The position numbers and the translations under genes were made by a program. Shown piece by piece: positions 9,359-19,868 of a stretch of 64,000 bases of DNA (position 1 is the stretch's first letter; each line of letters starts with the position of its first letter). Source of the stretch: a virus (Duplodnaviria > Caudoviricetes); IMG/VR virus record IMGVR_UViG_3300029288_000085, positions 64,001-128,000 of that record; one strand, written 5' to 3'. A model generated the notes under the pieces. It made no database searches, was not told the DNA's origin, and saw only the letters and a list, made by a program, of their open reading frames with translations.

Positions 9359-12300
9359 TTATACATTATAACTTCTAAAGGTAGATCCTTTATTCTGCAT
9401 ATCTCTACCAATCGTATTTACAATAACTCTTTTACCCATTGAAGTAGTCATTGCCCCTGCAATATCATCAGGAGTTACTATATTAAGAACTTGAATAGGA
9501 GTTTGTGAATCTCTCATATATCCAGACACACTATCTTCTCTTATATTCTCTTGGGGGATTACTAGTTCTCTACCGGACTTGTTATCACCTAATAATGCAA
9601 GAGTATTACCCCTTGTCAATCCACCTCTAGAGAATTTCTTAAAAGATTCTATGTGGGGTAGAATACCGCCTTGACCTTTTACTGTTTGTAAATATGGATT
9701 AATACCTTCAGCAGTCATCCCTGTTGATACAGTGTCACCGCCAAAATAACTTAATCCAGCCATTACAGCTTTCATTGCCAACCACTGAAGTATTGCTTTC
9801 CTTGTTGCATCTACTAAATCTTTAAAGAATACTCTAAACATTTCACCAATTTGAGTTATAGGATTTTTAAGATCGGATATTTCCTCATTTAATCTAGACA
9901 TCTCATTAGTAATATTCTTGACTTTTATAGCATCACCTTCTGCTATAGCTGCATCATAGTCAACTCTTAATTGTTGTAGTTCACCCTCAAGATTTATAAT
10001 TTCTTGTTCTTGTTCTTGAAATCCTCCAGTTATATCAAATGTTACTCCGGCTATTCCTTCAGCAAATTGTGTTGATGTCTCTGAAATTAACTTTGATAGA
10101 AACTGATTAGTACTTAATACTTGTTCTTTTATATTTTTATAAGCATCATAAACTGGGTCATTAGCACGTTTTATTCTTTCAGTTAATCCTAATTGTTCTA
10201 ATAAGATATTATTCATTTCTTTTAATGCATTAAGACGTTCATTATCATCTTTCATTTCATCTACTGCCACTTTATAAACCATTTCCCGTCTTAAATCCAA
10301 CATTTCCTGTTCAATAGCTAATCTTTCTGTTGGAGGAGCAACAGCCTGTTCTGCCTTTAATTGTTTAATTCTTAAATCAAGAGATACATTTTCTTCCTCA
10401 TAATTTTTATTGGTTATTTTTACTTCTCTTCCAATTTCTCTTTCTGCAACGAATCTTTTATTTCTCAATTGTTGTAAATCATTCTCAAGTTGTTCCTTTT
10501 CTTTCGTTTTCTTTTCATCTAAGCTGATAAATTTTAATGCCTCTTCTTTACCTGCTATCTGTGCATCAATAGTTTTCAATTCCATATTCAATCTATCTTC
10601 AAGAGTAGTATCTCCTACATACATACGTATACGTTGTGATTCTATGTCAAGAGTATCTTGTTCTGTCTTTCTTGCTATCTCCTGTAGTTTTGTACCTTCC
10701 CATTTTACTTGTACTCCTCTTTTTTGTTGATCATAACTTTCCTTTAGACCTTTTAGCTCATTCTTATATTTCCAATTATTTAATCTTGTCAACTCAGTAA
10801 TATCCTTTTTACCAGCATCGTCTTGTTGTCTAATGCTAAGATTAAGTGTAGCCAACTTTTTTTCCTTTTTGTAAATAGCTTCAATATTTTCTAGTTCACT
10901 TCTATAATTTTCATCTGTCATCTCTTCCTTTTTTTCCCTCTGAGATGCTAATTTAAGACTTTGTATTTCTTCTTTGGCTATCTCCGCTTCTGTTTTTAAT
11001 CTTTCCATACGTTCTTGCTGAGTTAATTCAATACCCTCTTTAAGTTTTTTGGGTGGTCTAATTTTGTCAAGATTTTCTTGTATTCCTTTTCTAAGTGTTG
11101 TGCCTGGAGTTACCTTTGGTTCTTTTAGTAGTAATTCTTCAATAGCAGGTGCATTCCTCTGTAATTGTTCCTTTTCCTCTTTTGTAAATGTATCCCATGA
11201 ATCTAGTATTCTTTTTTGAAACCCTGGATAAGCACTTACTATTTTCTTAAGTTCGTCCTTATTTATTACCCCCGCTAATTTAGCTATATCCATCATATCT
11301 TTAAATGAAATACTTAAATTCTCATTGGTCTCTTCTGTTATTATACCAAGAGCATTTACAGTCGTTTCTAGTTCACGTGAGGATTTACTGAGAGTATCAT
11401 AACCTTGTCCTAGTTCTTTCATTTTTTCAGTTGATTTATCATATACTGTGGCATAGGTGCTATTTATCATACTTATGAGTCTGTCATGTGCTTTAGTAGC
11501 ATCTATTGTAGCCTTTTGAATTGTGGCAAGTTGACCTTTAATCTTTTCTTCATGACGACCTTGAATAATTTTCTGTATAATTTCATCTTGCCCTTTATAT
11601 AATTCTAACTCTTCTTCAGTAATCTCTTCAGACTGCTTTGCTAAATTATATGCGTTTTTAAGAGCGGCCTCTGCTTCTTTGCCCTTCAATGTCTTACTAT
11701 ATAAAATAGCTTGTTCATACTCACGAAAACTATCCCTTAACCTATAATATCCTTCCTCTACTGTTTTTATATCATCTCTTAACTTCTTAAATACTAAAGC
11801 ATCATTACCAATTTTTTCAATTACATTATCCCCTTTATCAAGCCATCGTATTAACTCACCCCACCCACCAATAATTTGTGCAATTGGGGATAGTATCGCA
11901 CTAAGTACACTTGAAAGTGTTCTTACACCAGCCACCAATGCAATTAATGCTGGTTCTACGTCCCTCAATAATACATAAGTTCCTGATACTAAATCACTTG
12001 TAAATTGCTGCCATGCCGTACTTAATGTTTCAGTTTGTATTGCAGCAGTAGCTGATGCTCTATTGTGTTCATACATTGCATCAGCAGATTTACGTAAACC
12101 GTCAGAGGTTTGTACTAGAATAGTCATACCAGCAGCAGCACGCCTATCAAACGCTCTAAAAGAGTTTTCAACCCCCCAACCAGCTTTTTTCAATGTTTCA
12201 AGTATTGAAATGAAGTCATATACTTGTGGATCAACATCTCTTAGATTTAAACCCAGATTTGCTACTTCTCGTCTAAAAGCATCAGTAGGTTTTAACAGTT

Positions 12301-14662
12301 CAGACATTACTGCTCTAAGTGATGTACCAGCAATAGAAGCATCAACACCTCTGTCAACCATTGTTGCCAACAATGCTGTGGTTTCCTGCAAATTTACGTT
12401 CAATTGTGGTGCAACACCTGTTACATATTCTAATGATGTAGCTAATCCTGTCATATTGAGCTTAGACACATTTATACTTGTTGCTAAGATATCTGTTATT
12501 TTCTTTGTATCAGTAGCACTAAGATTCCATGCCTTCAAAATGGAAGTTACTAACTCAGAAGTTTTTGCAAAGTCAAATAACGTGGCTGTTGCTAATTTAG
12601 CAGTGTCTGTAATAACACTTAGAGTTTCATTTACGGTAAGACCAGCTTGTGCAAATACACCCATTCCTTTTGCTATTTCTAGTGAAGAAAATTTAGTAGT
12701 ACTACCTAATTCCATTGCAGTCTTAGCCAATCTAACTAAGTCTTGATCACTTGCTTGAGAAACAGCTTGTACATTCTTTAATTCTTGACTTAACTGAACA
12801 GCACCCTGTAAGGCATCCGAAAAACCACGATATAATGCCCATGCACCACGAAGTTGCAAGAACCATCTTCCTCTATTTACTAACCATTCTGGGCTTAAGA
12901 ATTTTTCTACTCCACCTCTTTGTGTTGCAGCATATTCTTTAGTCAATTTTCTCAATTCAATTTGCTGTCTTTGATCTAATTGGATACCCAAAGCTTTACG
13001 AGCATTTAATTGTTCCATTACAATTTGATTGTTCTTAAGAACATTGATTCCTAGTTCTCTTTCTGCTCTAGCTCTAGCTTCAACAACAATTGATTCACGG
13101 TATAACTTTGCTCTATTTCCAAGTATCAACGTCTCGTCTTTAGCAATTTTTAGTCTTTCATTCCATTCTTTATTTCCTACAGACACACTCTCTTTTTTTT
13201 GTTGCTCACTAAGTTGAATGCCCAAAGCCATCTTAGCATTTAAACTATCTCGAATAACAGCAGAATTCTTTTCTACATTAATACCAAGTTCTCTTTCTTT
13301 TCTAGCTCTTGCTTCTTTTAAAGTTAAGTCTTCCAGTAATTTATCTCTATCTTGTAATATCTTATTATCTTGAGTAGAATATGTTAATTTGTCTTGAAAA
13401 CTAAGACTAGATAATTTACCATACTCCATTGCTAACTTTCTTACTTCATCTGCTTCTTGTTGAGTAAGTTTTGCTCCCATCTTCATTCTTTCTTCTAATT
13501 CTTTAAGAATGAGGTTAGCATTCTTCTCTACATTAATACCTAATTCACGTTCTTTTCTTAATCCATCTAATCTGATTTCTTGTTCTGCAATGGCGGCATT
13601 ATATTTCTCAGTAGCTACAACTTCATCTGTTGCTACTTCTGTTCTTTTCTTGACTTCACCTGTAGAAACTCTAAATGCACTTTGCTTATCTATTGTTGTA
13701 GGTGGAAGTATTTTACCTTGTCTTATACCAGTTAAACTCACACCTTCCTGCAAAGCTTTATTATACTGTTGCCTGATAAGGATAGCATTTTTCTCTACAT
13801 TAATACCTAATTGCATTTCTTTCCTAGCTTGGGCTTCTTTTATTGCCATTTCTTGCAGTCTAGTATTACGTAGTTCTAGTATTCGTTCTTGGTTTCCAGC
13901 TTGAGATAGTTCTTCTTTAAATTCTAGTTGCTTTTGAGTTTCAAACGCAAGTCTTAACTTTTCACCTAGTGCTTCGTAGCTAACAATAGATTTTGGTCCT
14001 ACCCTGTCATAAAAGGTAGTTAAGATAGTGTTTAGTTTTGCTAATTTTTGTGCTGCTATATCACTTGACATTGCAACATTATTTCGAAGATCCTCTGATA
14101 GGCCAGTTAGAAATTTCTTATTTTTGGTATCAACTTGTGCTAATTTAGTTAATTCGCCTGAGAGATCAAATTGGGATAATTCTTGACGAGCTTTTCCAAT
14201 AGCCTTTCGTTCTACAGACATATCATCTGTTGGTTTAAAGTTTCTATCAAGTTCTTGTTGTTCCGATGAGGTAGTTAGTCTGTATTGTGATACCTGTTGT
14301 AGCATAGGTATCTTAGAAGCTAGACCTTTTAGAACTGACAGTTGTTGTGCTAATCGTTTATAATCTTCTGCTAGTTTATTAGCACTCCTGCCTGATTGTG
14401 CTGCAAACTTACTCATTGTACTATCAACTTCAGTTATATCATGTTTCCAACTATCAAATACTGAGTTGAGTTTGTTACGGGCACTATCCATATACTTCAA
14501 GGTTTTCTCGAATGGATCACCTTGAATAAGAGAGGCTAACTTAAGATTTTTGATGCCAACTTGAAAGGATTTTAGTGTCTGTTCAGCATTCTTTATACCA
14601 GCGTCAAGTTTGGATAAGTCTACACCAACAAAAATATTTACACCTGGACCAACAGTTGTCAT
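9359..14662 (-). CDS. Tail tape measure protein (1767 aa)
   Basis: TP901-type core (VQAVS...AMELGSTTKFS..EIA.G...AG...AGTSLRA), long coiled coils and hydrophobic segments; follows the chaperone genes. Confidence 0.95.
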   Translation of the reverse strand: MTTVGPGVNIFVGVDLSKLDAGIKNAEQTLKSFQVGIKNLKLASLIQGDPFEKTLKYMDSARNKLNSVFDSWKHDITEVDSTMSKFAAQSGRSANKLAEDYKRLAQQLSVLKGLASKIPMLQQVSQYRLTTSSEQQELDRNFKPTDDMSVERKAIGKARQELSQFDLSGELTKLAQVDTKNKKFLTGLSEDLRNNVAMSSDIAAQKLAKLNTILTTFYDRVGPKSIVSYEALGEKLRLAFETQKQLEFKEELSQAGNQERILELRNTRLQEMAIKEAQARKEMQLGINVEKNAILIRQQYNKALQEGVSLTGIRQGKILPPTTIDKQSAFRVSTGEVKKRTEVATDEVVATEKYNAAIAEQEIRLDGLRKERELGINVEKNANLILKELEERMKMGAKLTQQEADEVRKLAMEYGKLSSLSFQDKLTYSTQDNKILQDRDKLLEDLTLKEARARKERELGINVEKNSAVIRDSLNAKMALGIQLSEQQKKESVSVGNKEWNERLKIAKDETLILGNRAKLYRESIVVEARARAERELGINVLKNNQIVMEQLNARKALGIQLDQRQQIELRKLTKEYAATQRGGVEKFLSPEWLVNRGRWFLQLRGAWALYRGFSDALQGAVQLSQELKNVQAVSQASDQDLVRLAKTAMELGSTTKFSSLEIAKGMGVFAQAGLTVNETLSVITDTAKLATATLFDFAKTSELVTSILKAWNLSATDTKKITDILATSINVSKLNMTGLATSLEYVTGVAPQLNVNLQETTALLATMVDRGVDASIAGTSLRAVMSELLKPTDAFRREVANLGLNLRDVDPQVYDFISILETLKKAGWGVENSFRAFDRRAAAGMTILVQTSDGLRKSADAMYEHNRASATAAIQTETLSTAWQQFTSDLVSGTYVLLRDVEPALIALVAGVRTLSSVLSAILSPIAQIIGGWGELIRWLDKGDNVIEKIGNDALVFKKLRDDIKTVEEGYYRLRDSFREYEQAILYSKTLKGKEAEAALKNAYNLAKQSEEITEEELELYKGQDEIIQKIIQGRHEEKIKGQLATIQKATIDATKAHDRLISMINSTYATVYDKSTEKMKELGQGYDTLSKSSRELETTVNALGIITEETNENLSISFKDMMDIAKLAGVINKDELKKIVSAYPGFQKRILDSWDTFTKEEKEQLQRNAPAIEELLLKEPKVTPGTTLRKGIQENLDKIRPPKKLKEGIELTQQERMERLKTEAEIAKEEIQSLKLASQREKKEEMTDENYRSELENIEAIYKKEKKLATLNLSIRQQDDAGKKDITELTRLNNWKYKNELKGLKESYDQQKRGVQVKWEGTKLQEIARKTEQDTLDIESQRIRMYVGDTTLEDRLNMELKTIDAQIAGKEEALKFISLDEKKTKEKEQLENDLQQLRNKRFVAEREIGREVKITNKNYEEENVSLDLRIKQLKAEQAVAPPTERLAIEQEMLDLRREMVYKVAVDEMKDDNERLNALKEMNNILLEQLGLTERIKRANDPVYDAYKNIKEQVLSTNQFLSKLISETSTQFAEGIAGVTFDITGGFQEQEQEIINLEGELQQLRVDYDAAIAEGDAIKVKNITNEMSRLNEEISDLKNPITQIGEMFRVFFKDLVDATRKAILQWLAMKAVMAGLSYFGGDTVSTGMTAEGINPYLQTVKGQGGILPHIESFKKFSRGGLTRGNTLALLGDNKSGRELVIPQENIREDSVSGYMRDSQTPIQVLNIVTPDDIAGAMTTSMGKRVIVNTIGRDMQNKGSTFRSYNV
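12950..13880 (-). repeat. Four diverged internal protein repeats of about 80 aa in the tape measure protein
   Basis: The motif E(R/M)(E/Q)LGINV(E/L)KN...G..L(T/S/D) occurs four times. Confidence 0.8.
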
Positions 14663-15078
14663 TTCTTCTTATCATCATCCTTTTTACGTTTCACTGGTAC
14701 ACCAAGTGCGCCAAACATTTTCAGTAAGCCATCGGCAGTTTGTGTTGGATTATTTATTATTTTATCCCACTCAAATGAATTTATAAATCTCTTCCATGCT
14801 TGATTTTTTCTATTAGCTTCAGATCTATTTGAAGCTGGTGTAGCATAACTAAATGCTTGAGCAGATATGATAGCAAGCATTTTTTGGTCTTCTAATTCTT
14901 TCTTTACCTGTTTTTCATAAAAGAGATTCACTTGCTCTATTGTATAATTGTATTTCAAGTCATTGAATGAATGCCCACTTTTTAAAAGATTGTGAAATAC
15001 TTCTCCTAGTGATATTGGTTCAGATGCCCCCCTTTTCTTTTTCTTGTTTACTTTTTCGAGGGGCTGAGTGCGTTTTTT
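14659..15078 (-). CDS. Tail assembly chaperone GT extension, reached by -1 frameshift from the upstream G gene
   Basis: The -1 frame is open from the slippery site at 15072-15078 through the annotated TTG ORF 14659..14958. Confidence 0.85.
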   Translation of the reverse strand, partial: KKRTQPLEKVNKKKKRGASEPISLGEVFHNLLKSGHSFNDLKYNYTIEQVNLFYEKQVKKELEDQKMLAIISAQAFSYATPASNRSEANRKNQAWKRFINSFEWDKIINNPTQTADGLLKMFGALGVPVKRKKDDDKKK

Positions 15079-15461
15079 ATTGAATTAGTTATTGTTATCT
15101 TATTCTGCTTATAAATTATAAATGCTACTTTAAGTCCAGTTTCCATATCAAACGCCTTTACATCTTTTTCTTCTTTACCTAACGTTACAGCTATAACTTT
15201 TAAAACTTCAGAACTAGCAATCGTAAATAATCTTGCTAGCGTACTATAGGATAGGAAATTAGTATTTTTTTCAAACTCTTGAATCAATCCTTGCTTTTCC
15301 ATCTTGTTAAGAATAGACTCAAGAGAAGAAGAAATATCAAATAAAATACCAAAACTCCAAGGTTTGATTGTCACTTCCCCAACTTTTACTTCTGGAAAAA
15401 GGATTTCTTCTTCTGAAACTTTTACTTCTTCTACTTCTTCTTGCTTAACTTCATCCACCAT
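15048..15461 (-). CDS. Tail assembly chaperone G
   Basis: Acidic 137 aa protein between the tail tube and tape measure genes, ending with a slippery heptamer. Confidence 0.85.
   Translation of the reverse strand: MVDEVKQEEVEEVKVSEEEILFPEVKVGEVTIKPWSFGILFDISSSLESILNKMEKQGLIQEFEKNTNFLSYSTLARLFTIASSEVLKVIAVTLGKEEKDVKAFDMETGLKVAFIIYKQNKITITNSIKNALSPSKK
15072..15078 (-). promoter_or_regulatory. Programmed -1 ribosomal frameshift slippery site A AAA AAC
   Basis: Reads ATA AAA AAC in the G frame (X XXY YYZ). The -1 frame opens just upstream and joins the T ORF. Confidence 0.85.
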
Positions 15462-15478
15462 AAAAAATCTCCATTTTT

Positions 15479-15506
15479 AAAAAGGGGTGAGGTTGCCCCC
15501 ACCCCT
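15479..15506 (-). terminator. Rho-independent terminator after the tail tube gene
   Basis: AGGGGTGGGG-GCAA-CCTCACCCCT followed by a T tract on the minus strand. Confidence 0.8.
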
Positions 15507-15520
15507 GCTAAGAATCTTAT

Positions 15521-16096
15521 TTAAGGATTCATTGTTATTAAGCCGTATGGCTTAGAAGCCCACTCTCCAGTGTCATAGTAGAGCACTTCTAATACCATTG
15601 GTGCTGTCCACCAATCTTCTACGTTCAATGCCATTGCCCCATCAGGTCTGATGACTGCTTTAGGACAAGTATATGCAAATGTCCTACCAATCGCAGTTCT
15701 AAAGAGCAGAGATACAGAACCAGTTCTCAATGCTTCTTGCATGATAGCAATTTTAGTCTTGTTACCAGCTTGAATATTTGAACCTAAGAAAAATCGTTTA
15801 AGGTTTGTACCGTTAATTTCATCAAATGTAAAAGGAATGGTGATAGCTTTGTTATTTACCTGTGTCAAGTCCTTAGATCTTGACCCATTTTTTGAAATAT
15901 AGTGCTCAATATACGTAACGTCTGGTGAGAACTCCTGTGTAACTATATTACCCATATTCCTTTTTGCAACACGAAATGGAGAGCCAACAGTTTGTTGAGC
16001 TGTATTCGTAGCTAACAAAGAAGCATGTGCAACAGAAGTGTCAAAATAAATATCACATCCACCAATACGGTAGTTATTAGTCGTAATTGTAGCCAT
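15521..16096 (-). CDS. Major tail tube protein
   Basis: Position before the G/GT chaperones, followed by a terminator; tube-like motifs (MGNI..EFSP...EHY, FTFDEI...NL). Confidence 0.85.
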   Translation of the reverse strand: MATITTNNYRIGGCDIYFDTSVAHASLLATNTAQQTVGSPFRVAKRNMGNIVTQEFSPDVTYIEHYISKNGSRSKDLTQVNNKAITIPFTFDEINGTNLKRFFLGSNIQAGNKTKIAIMQEALRTGSVSLLFRTAIGRTFAYTCPKAVIRPDGAMALNVEDWWTAPMVLEVLYYDTGEWASKPYGLITMNP

Positions 16097-16167
16097 ATAT
16101 CAACTTCACCACCTATTTATTAAATAAGATCACAATAATCTTATATGAAAACTCCTCATGGTTATTT

Positions 16168-17352
16168 TTATGCTATATTATCTAGAATATCTTCCTCTCC
16201 ATACTCAAAGACATGTAATTTCTTAATATCTTCAGGCATAGACTTTCTAACAGGAAGATCAAGAACTTTAGCATACAGATTTTCCACTCTACAAATGAAA
16301 TTTTCCATCACAAGTTCTTTTCTTTTTTTATCTAAGTTATCCATAATTTCAAGGTATTTGCTTTCTAATTGAGTGCAATTTCCAATTTCCTCAAGATTAG
16401 TGAAAGTAAAACCTATATTATGTTTATTTATATATTTTTCAGTTTCTTTACACCAACAAGCTAAGGAAGGCAATCCTGCCTGGGCATACTCCATCATTTT
16501 ATTTGATAGAGTTAAATCAACTTGTTGATTCTTACCACTTTGATTATTCCAAATACATAAACCATATTTATATTGTTTTAAAGCCTTCATCATCTCATCA
16601 TAATGTGTAGGAGGAAACAAAACTGCTCCAGTACCATGATAAGTATCAAAAGCGGAAAGATTTCCACAGTACATTGCTGTTTCATTTCCCATTTCTACTA
16701 ACTTCTTGATGATTCCATAAAGATTACGATATGCATACATCTCACTTAATTCTTCATCGTCTGGTGGATTTGCTCCACCTTCGTAGACTAATCCTCTTCG
16801 TTTAAAGATATCGTTGCGGTCGTAATCATATTGCTTATTACTACTACAATAACTATAGATTACAACATTAGGTATATTTACCTTGTGTAATTCGTTAGTT
16901 ATCTTCTGTATAGGTTGAGAAGCATATATTAACCCATCTGCTGCATTAAACATCTTCTGTTCATCTAGTGGGATAAACTGTCTCCTAATTGAGTCAAGAT
17001 CGTGTAGGTCAGCAATGATAGGAACATTTGATCCCATATCAGTTACAACGTTTCTTGCCCAAATAACAGGAAAGTCAGGTTCATTAGAATAATCAATAAT
17101 ATCAATACCCTGACTTATGAATGTTCGTAAGGAGTTCTTAAATTGTTTTTCCCCCTTAAACAAAGCAAACATATCTAGTTCATTTGTACCATAACTATTC
17201 ATTTCTCCTAAACCAATAGTTGTATATCCTACTTTTCTTAATGCTTTTGCACGTTTATGAACTCGTATACACCAATGACATCCTGCCATCAATATTGTTA
17301 AAGGTTTTCCATTTTTATTAGTTAAAGGTTTATCAAAATCTATATAATCCAT
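16168..17352 (-). CDS. GT-B fold glycosyltransferase (GT4-like)
   Basis: SNKMMEYAQAGLP nucleotide-sugar binding motif, plus IADLHD and LVYEGG. Confidence 0.8.
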   Translation of the reverse strand: MDYIDFDKPLTNKNGKPLTILMAGCHWCIRVHKRAKALRKVGYTTIGLGEMNSYGTNELDMFALFKGEKQFKNSLRTFISQGIDIIDYSNEPDFPVIWARNVVTDMGSNVPIIADLHDLDSIRRQFIPLDEQKMFNAADGLIYASQPIQKITNELHKVNIPNVVIYSYCSSNKQYDYDRNDIFKRRGLVYEGGANPPDDEELSEMYAYRNLYGIIKKLVEMGNETAMYCGNLSAFDTYHGTGAVLFPPTHYDEMMKALKQYKYGLCIWNNQSGKNQQVDLTLSNKMMEYAQAGLPSLACWCKETEKYINKHNIGFTFTNLEEIGNCTQLESKYLEIMDNLDKKRKELVMENFICRVENLYAKVLDLPVRKSMPEDIKKLHVFEYGEEDILDNIA

Positions 17353-17380
17353 AATCTCCTCATTAAAGTTTTATATAAAA

Positions 17381-18319
17381 TCATTTACATTGCATATCAG
17401 ATAGTTTACATCCTTCTATGCTATGTACTTTTCTCTCACATTCTTTGCATAATGTTATTCCCATATCTACATCAGCACTTTCTATAGGATTCCATCTTAT
17501 GCCTTCTTTGTGATGAGCTATAAGATTTTCTGTTGAACCACATTTAGTACATTTATAACCATCACGCTCTTTTACCATTTCAGACCAGTCATGTTGATCT
17601 GGTCTTTCATTTTCATTCAGCCTAAACCCTTTAGGATATTTCTTTTGGTTAAATATAGAACAACTTTTCTTGCACTTGACAGAACAATAAAAATGGTTTT
17701 CACTAGTCGTAGTTCCATTAATTGATCTTAATCTATTTTCTACTGAGGTTCTAGTTGGTGTATACCATTTTTTGCAATTAGCACATCTTACTTGTAATAT
17801 ATTTTTTTCTTTTGGGTTTTCCCTAATTTCTTCACAAAAAGAAATTTGACTAGAATATGTATTAAACCATGCTAAATTTCTTTTAGATACACCATTTTTC
17901 CAATTAGGATGATTTTCTTCTCTGAATTTACCTATCATAATTTCACTTAATTTTTTTCGGGTTTCTCTAGATACAAACTTTCCCTTTTGGGCAATACTCA
18001 TCTTTACTTTGGTTTCTTTAGATGTTGGTTTAGTTCTAATTTTCTTTAGCCCTTTTTGTGCTAATCCCATCCGAATCTTAGTTTCCTCAGATCTGATTTT
18101 ACCTTTATTACCATAACTAATTTTTGCTTTAGATTCATCACTAAACCTTTTACATTTCAAGCTACAAAATCTTCCACAACTATTTCTTGGAGCTAAAAAC
18201 GGTTCTCTACAAGTTTCACAAGAATCAATATATGTATATCGGTTATTAGTAATTAAATCCTTCCAATATCCTTTTCTATAATATCTTAAATTTTCTATAT
18301 TTTCCCAAGTAATTTTCAT
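17381..18319 (-). mobile_element. Free-standing HNH homing endonuclease with NUMOD3-like repeats and Zn fingers
   Basis: S.ETK.KMS repeats, H.NWK.G, and a C-terminal VKERD.YKC..CG....L.AHH...G.TLC..C...H domain. Confidence 0.85.
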
Positions 18320-18328
18320 TATTTACCT

Positions 18329-18748
18329 TTATAATTTAATATGACGGCAACCAAAATTTGCTACAAAGATAAATATTTCCCCTCCTTCTTGGGTTTCTAA
18401 TAAAATAGGGGAACTCTGTACTGCATGAATAACACCATTTGCACTAGCCAAAATATTGTCATTATTGTCAAGTCTGTTAATAATTGATTGCGTTGTTCTG
18501 AATCCTTTTTCAGCATCTTTTATCTTTAATCTTATCTGAAAAGCTGATTCCTGCCTTTCACCTTTGTCATATGGTTTTCCTCCTGGATATGGCAATATGG
18601 TCAAACATTTAGTTGAAGTAGCATCCTCTATACCAATAAATAGGTTTGTCCCACCAGTAAATGCTACTCCAAACTGAGTAACTATTTCATGAGTTGCTGA
18701 CAAGTCATCAAAGTACTTTTTTATTTCATTTCCCAAGAAGTTAGCCAT
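18329..18748 (-). CDS. Tail terminator / minor capsid-family neck protein
   Basis: NLFIG...YPGG...FQIR...F.ANF pattern and position before the tail tube. Confidence 0.7.
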   Translation of the reverse strand: MANFLGNEIKKYFDDLSATHEIVTQFGVAFTGGTNLFIGIEDATSTKCLTILPYPGGKPYDKGERQESAFQIRLKIKDAEKGFRTTQSIINRLDNNDNILASANGVIHAVQSSPILLETQEGGEIFIFVANFGCRHIKL

Positions 18749-18752
18749 ATTA

Positions 18753-19520
18753 TTATACCTCAGCGGTTAGCCCGCCCCAATGCCCTTTGCTTCTAACATC
18801 CTCAAAACGGATATCTACAGTATCAACTTCGTAATGTGTTTTACTTTGTTTCTTAACCTTTATACCTTTAGCTATATCTTTTTCTACTGCTTTAATTGAA
18901 TTACGTATATAGCTGACTACTTCAGCTTTATGCTGCAACCAAGGTAATTCCAAGTATTTAGGACCAGTCCCTGGACTTCTAGCATACCATCCACTTCTTA
19001 TACCTTTAAATCTATCTTCATAAGGTTGTAAAGCCTCATGAGTCCACAAAGCAATATCAAGACCCGTTTCTTCACTTATTCTTTGATATGAAATATCCCC
19101 AGAAACTGTTTTATAATTTCTATCTGCAAATCGTGATGGAATCATTTTAGATAAATTTACTGAAACAGAGCCATCCTTATTACCAGTAGCAATTGTAATA
19201 TAATTGGTTTTATTCATATCTCCTAGATATATCCTAGCCGTGCCACTCTCTCTTAACTTTCCAGTAGATGGTTTTTGTAGTTTGCCGTCTACGTAACCAC
19301 CAGGAAAATATGGTACAATTGGTTGTACATACCCCATTATATACGCTAACCCTTCAGCAACAGCCCTAGCAGCATAATAAGTTACAATTGGCCCAATCTG
19401 TTTTATATTCTTGATAGCCTTATCAAATTCCACATCAGAAGTAGCAAAACTCACACCACCAGAATCAACTAGTGGTTTTGGTCCTTTTCCTAATTCTGGT
19501 ACTTTGATTTCCATTTTCAT
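18753..19520 (-). CDS. Neck / tail completion protein (HK97 gp10-like)
   Basis: VP...TGKLRESG and HE...PGTGPKYLE motifs. Confidence 0.75.
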   Translation of the reverse strand: MKMEIKVPELGKGPKPLVDSGGVSFATSDVEFDKAIKNIKQIGPIVTYYAARAVAEGLAYIMGYVQPIVPYFPGGYVDGKLQKPSTGKLRESGTARIYLGDMNKTNYITIATGNKDGSVSVNLSKMIPSRFADRNYKTVSGDISYQRISEETGLDIALWTHEALQPYEDRFKGIRSGWYARSPGTGPKYLELPWLQHKAEVVSYIRNSIKAVEKDIAKGIKVKKQSKTHYEVDTVDIRFEDVRSKGHWGGLTAEV

Positions 19521-19550
19521 ATAGTTATATCACTAACTTACTAATGATGA

Positions 19551-19868
19551 CTACTTTAAATATAAGACCACATGATCTATTTCACCTGCTAGATCTCTCG
19601 GTTTTCTTATTTTTACTATCTTATATTTCAGACTATCTTTCTCTATAACATAAGACTCTAGAATAGTATTGTATTCTGGAGAAAGATATACTCTTATATC
19701 ATAATCTAATGCTTCAGCTACATTTGAGAGATCTTTTAGTGTGCCTTCTTCCCACCGACATTGTACATCGTGATATACGGTGGTTGTAACTAATTTTCCA
19801 TATGCATTCTTAGTAGTTGAATATATATAGTCAATGCTATTATTCAATAAACCTGCTGTAATTGACAT
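19551..19868 (-). CDS. Head closure (stopper) protein
   Basis: 105 aa, with the N.YG.....V.CR.E and Y.I...PRD..G..DH..LYL pattern, and synteny. Confidence 0.75.
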   Translation of the reverse strand: MSITAGLLNNSIDYIYSTTKNAYGKLVTTTVYHDVQCRWEEGTLKDLSNVAEALDYDIRVYLSPEYNTILESYVIEKDSLKYKIVKIRKPRDLAGEIDHVVLYLK

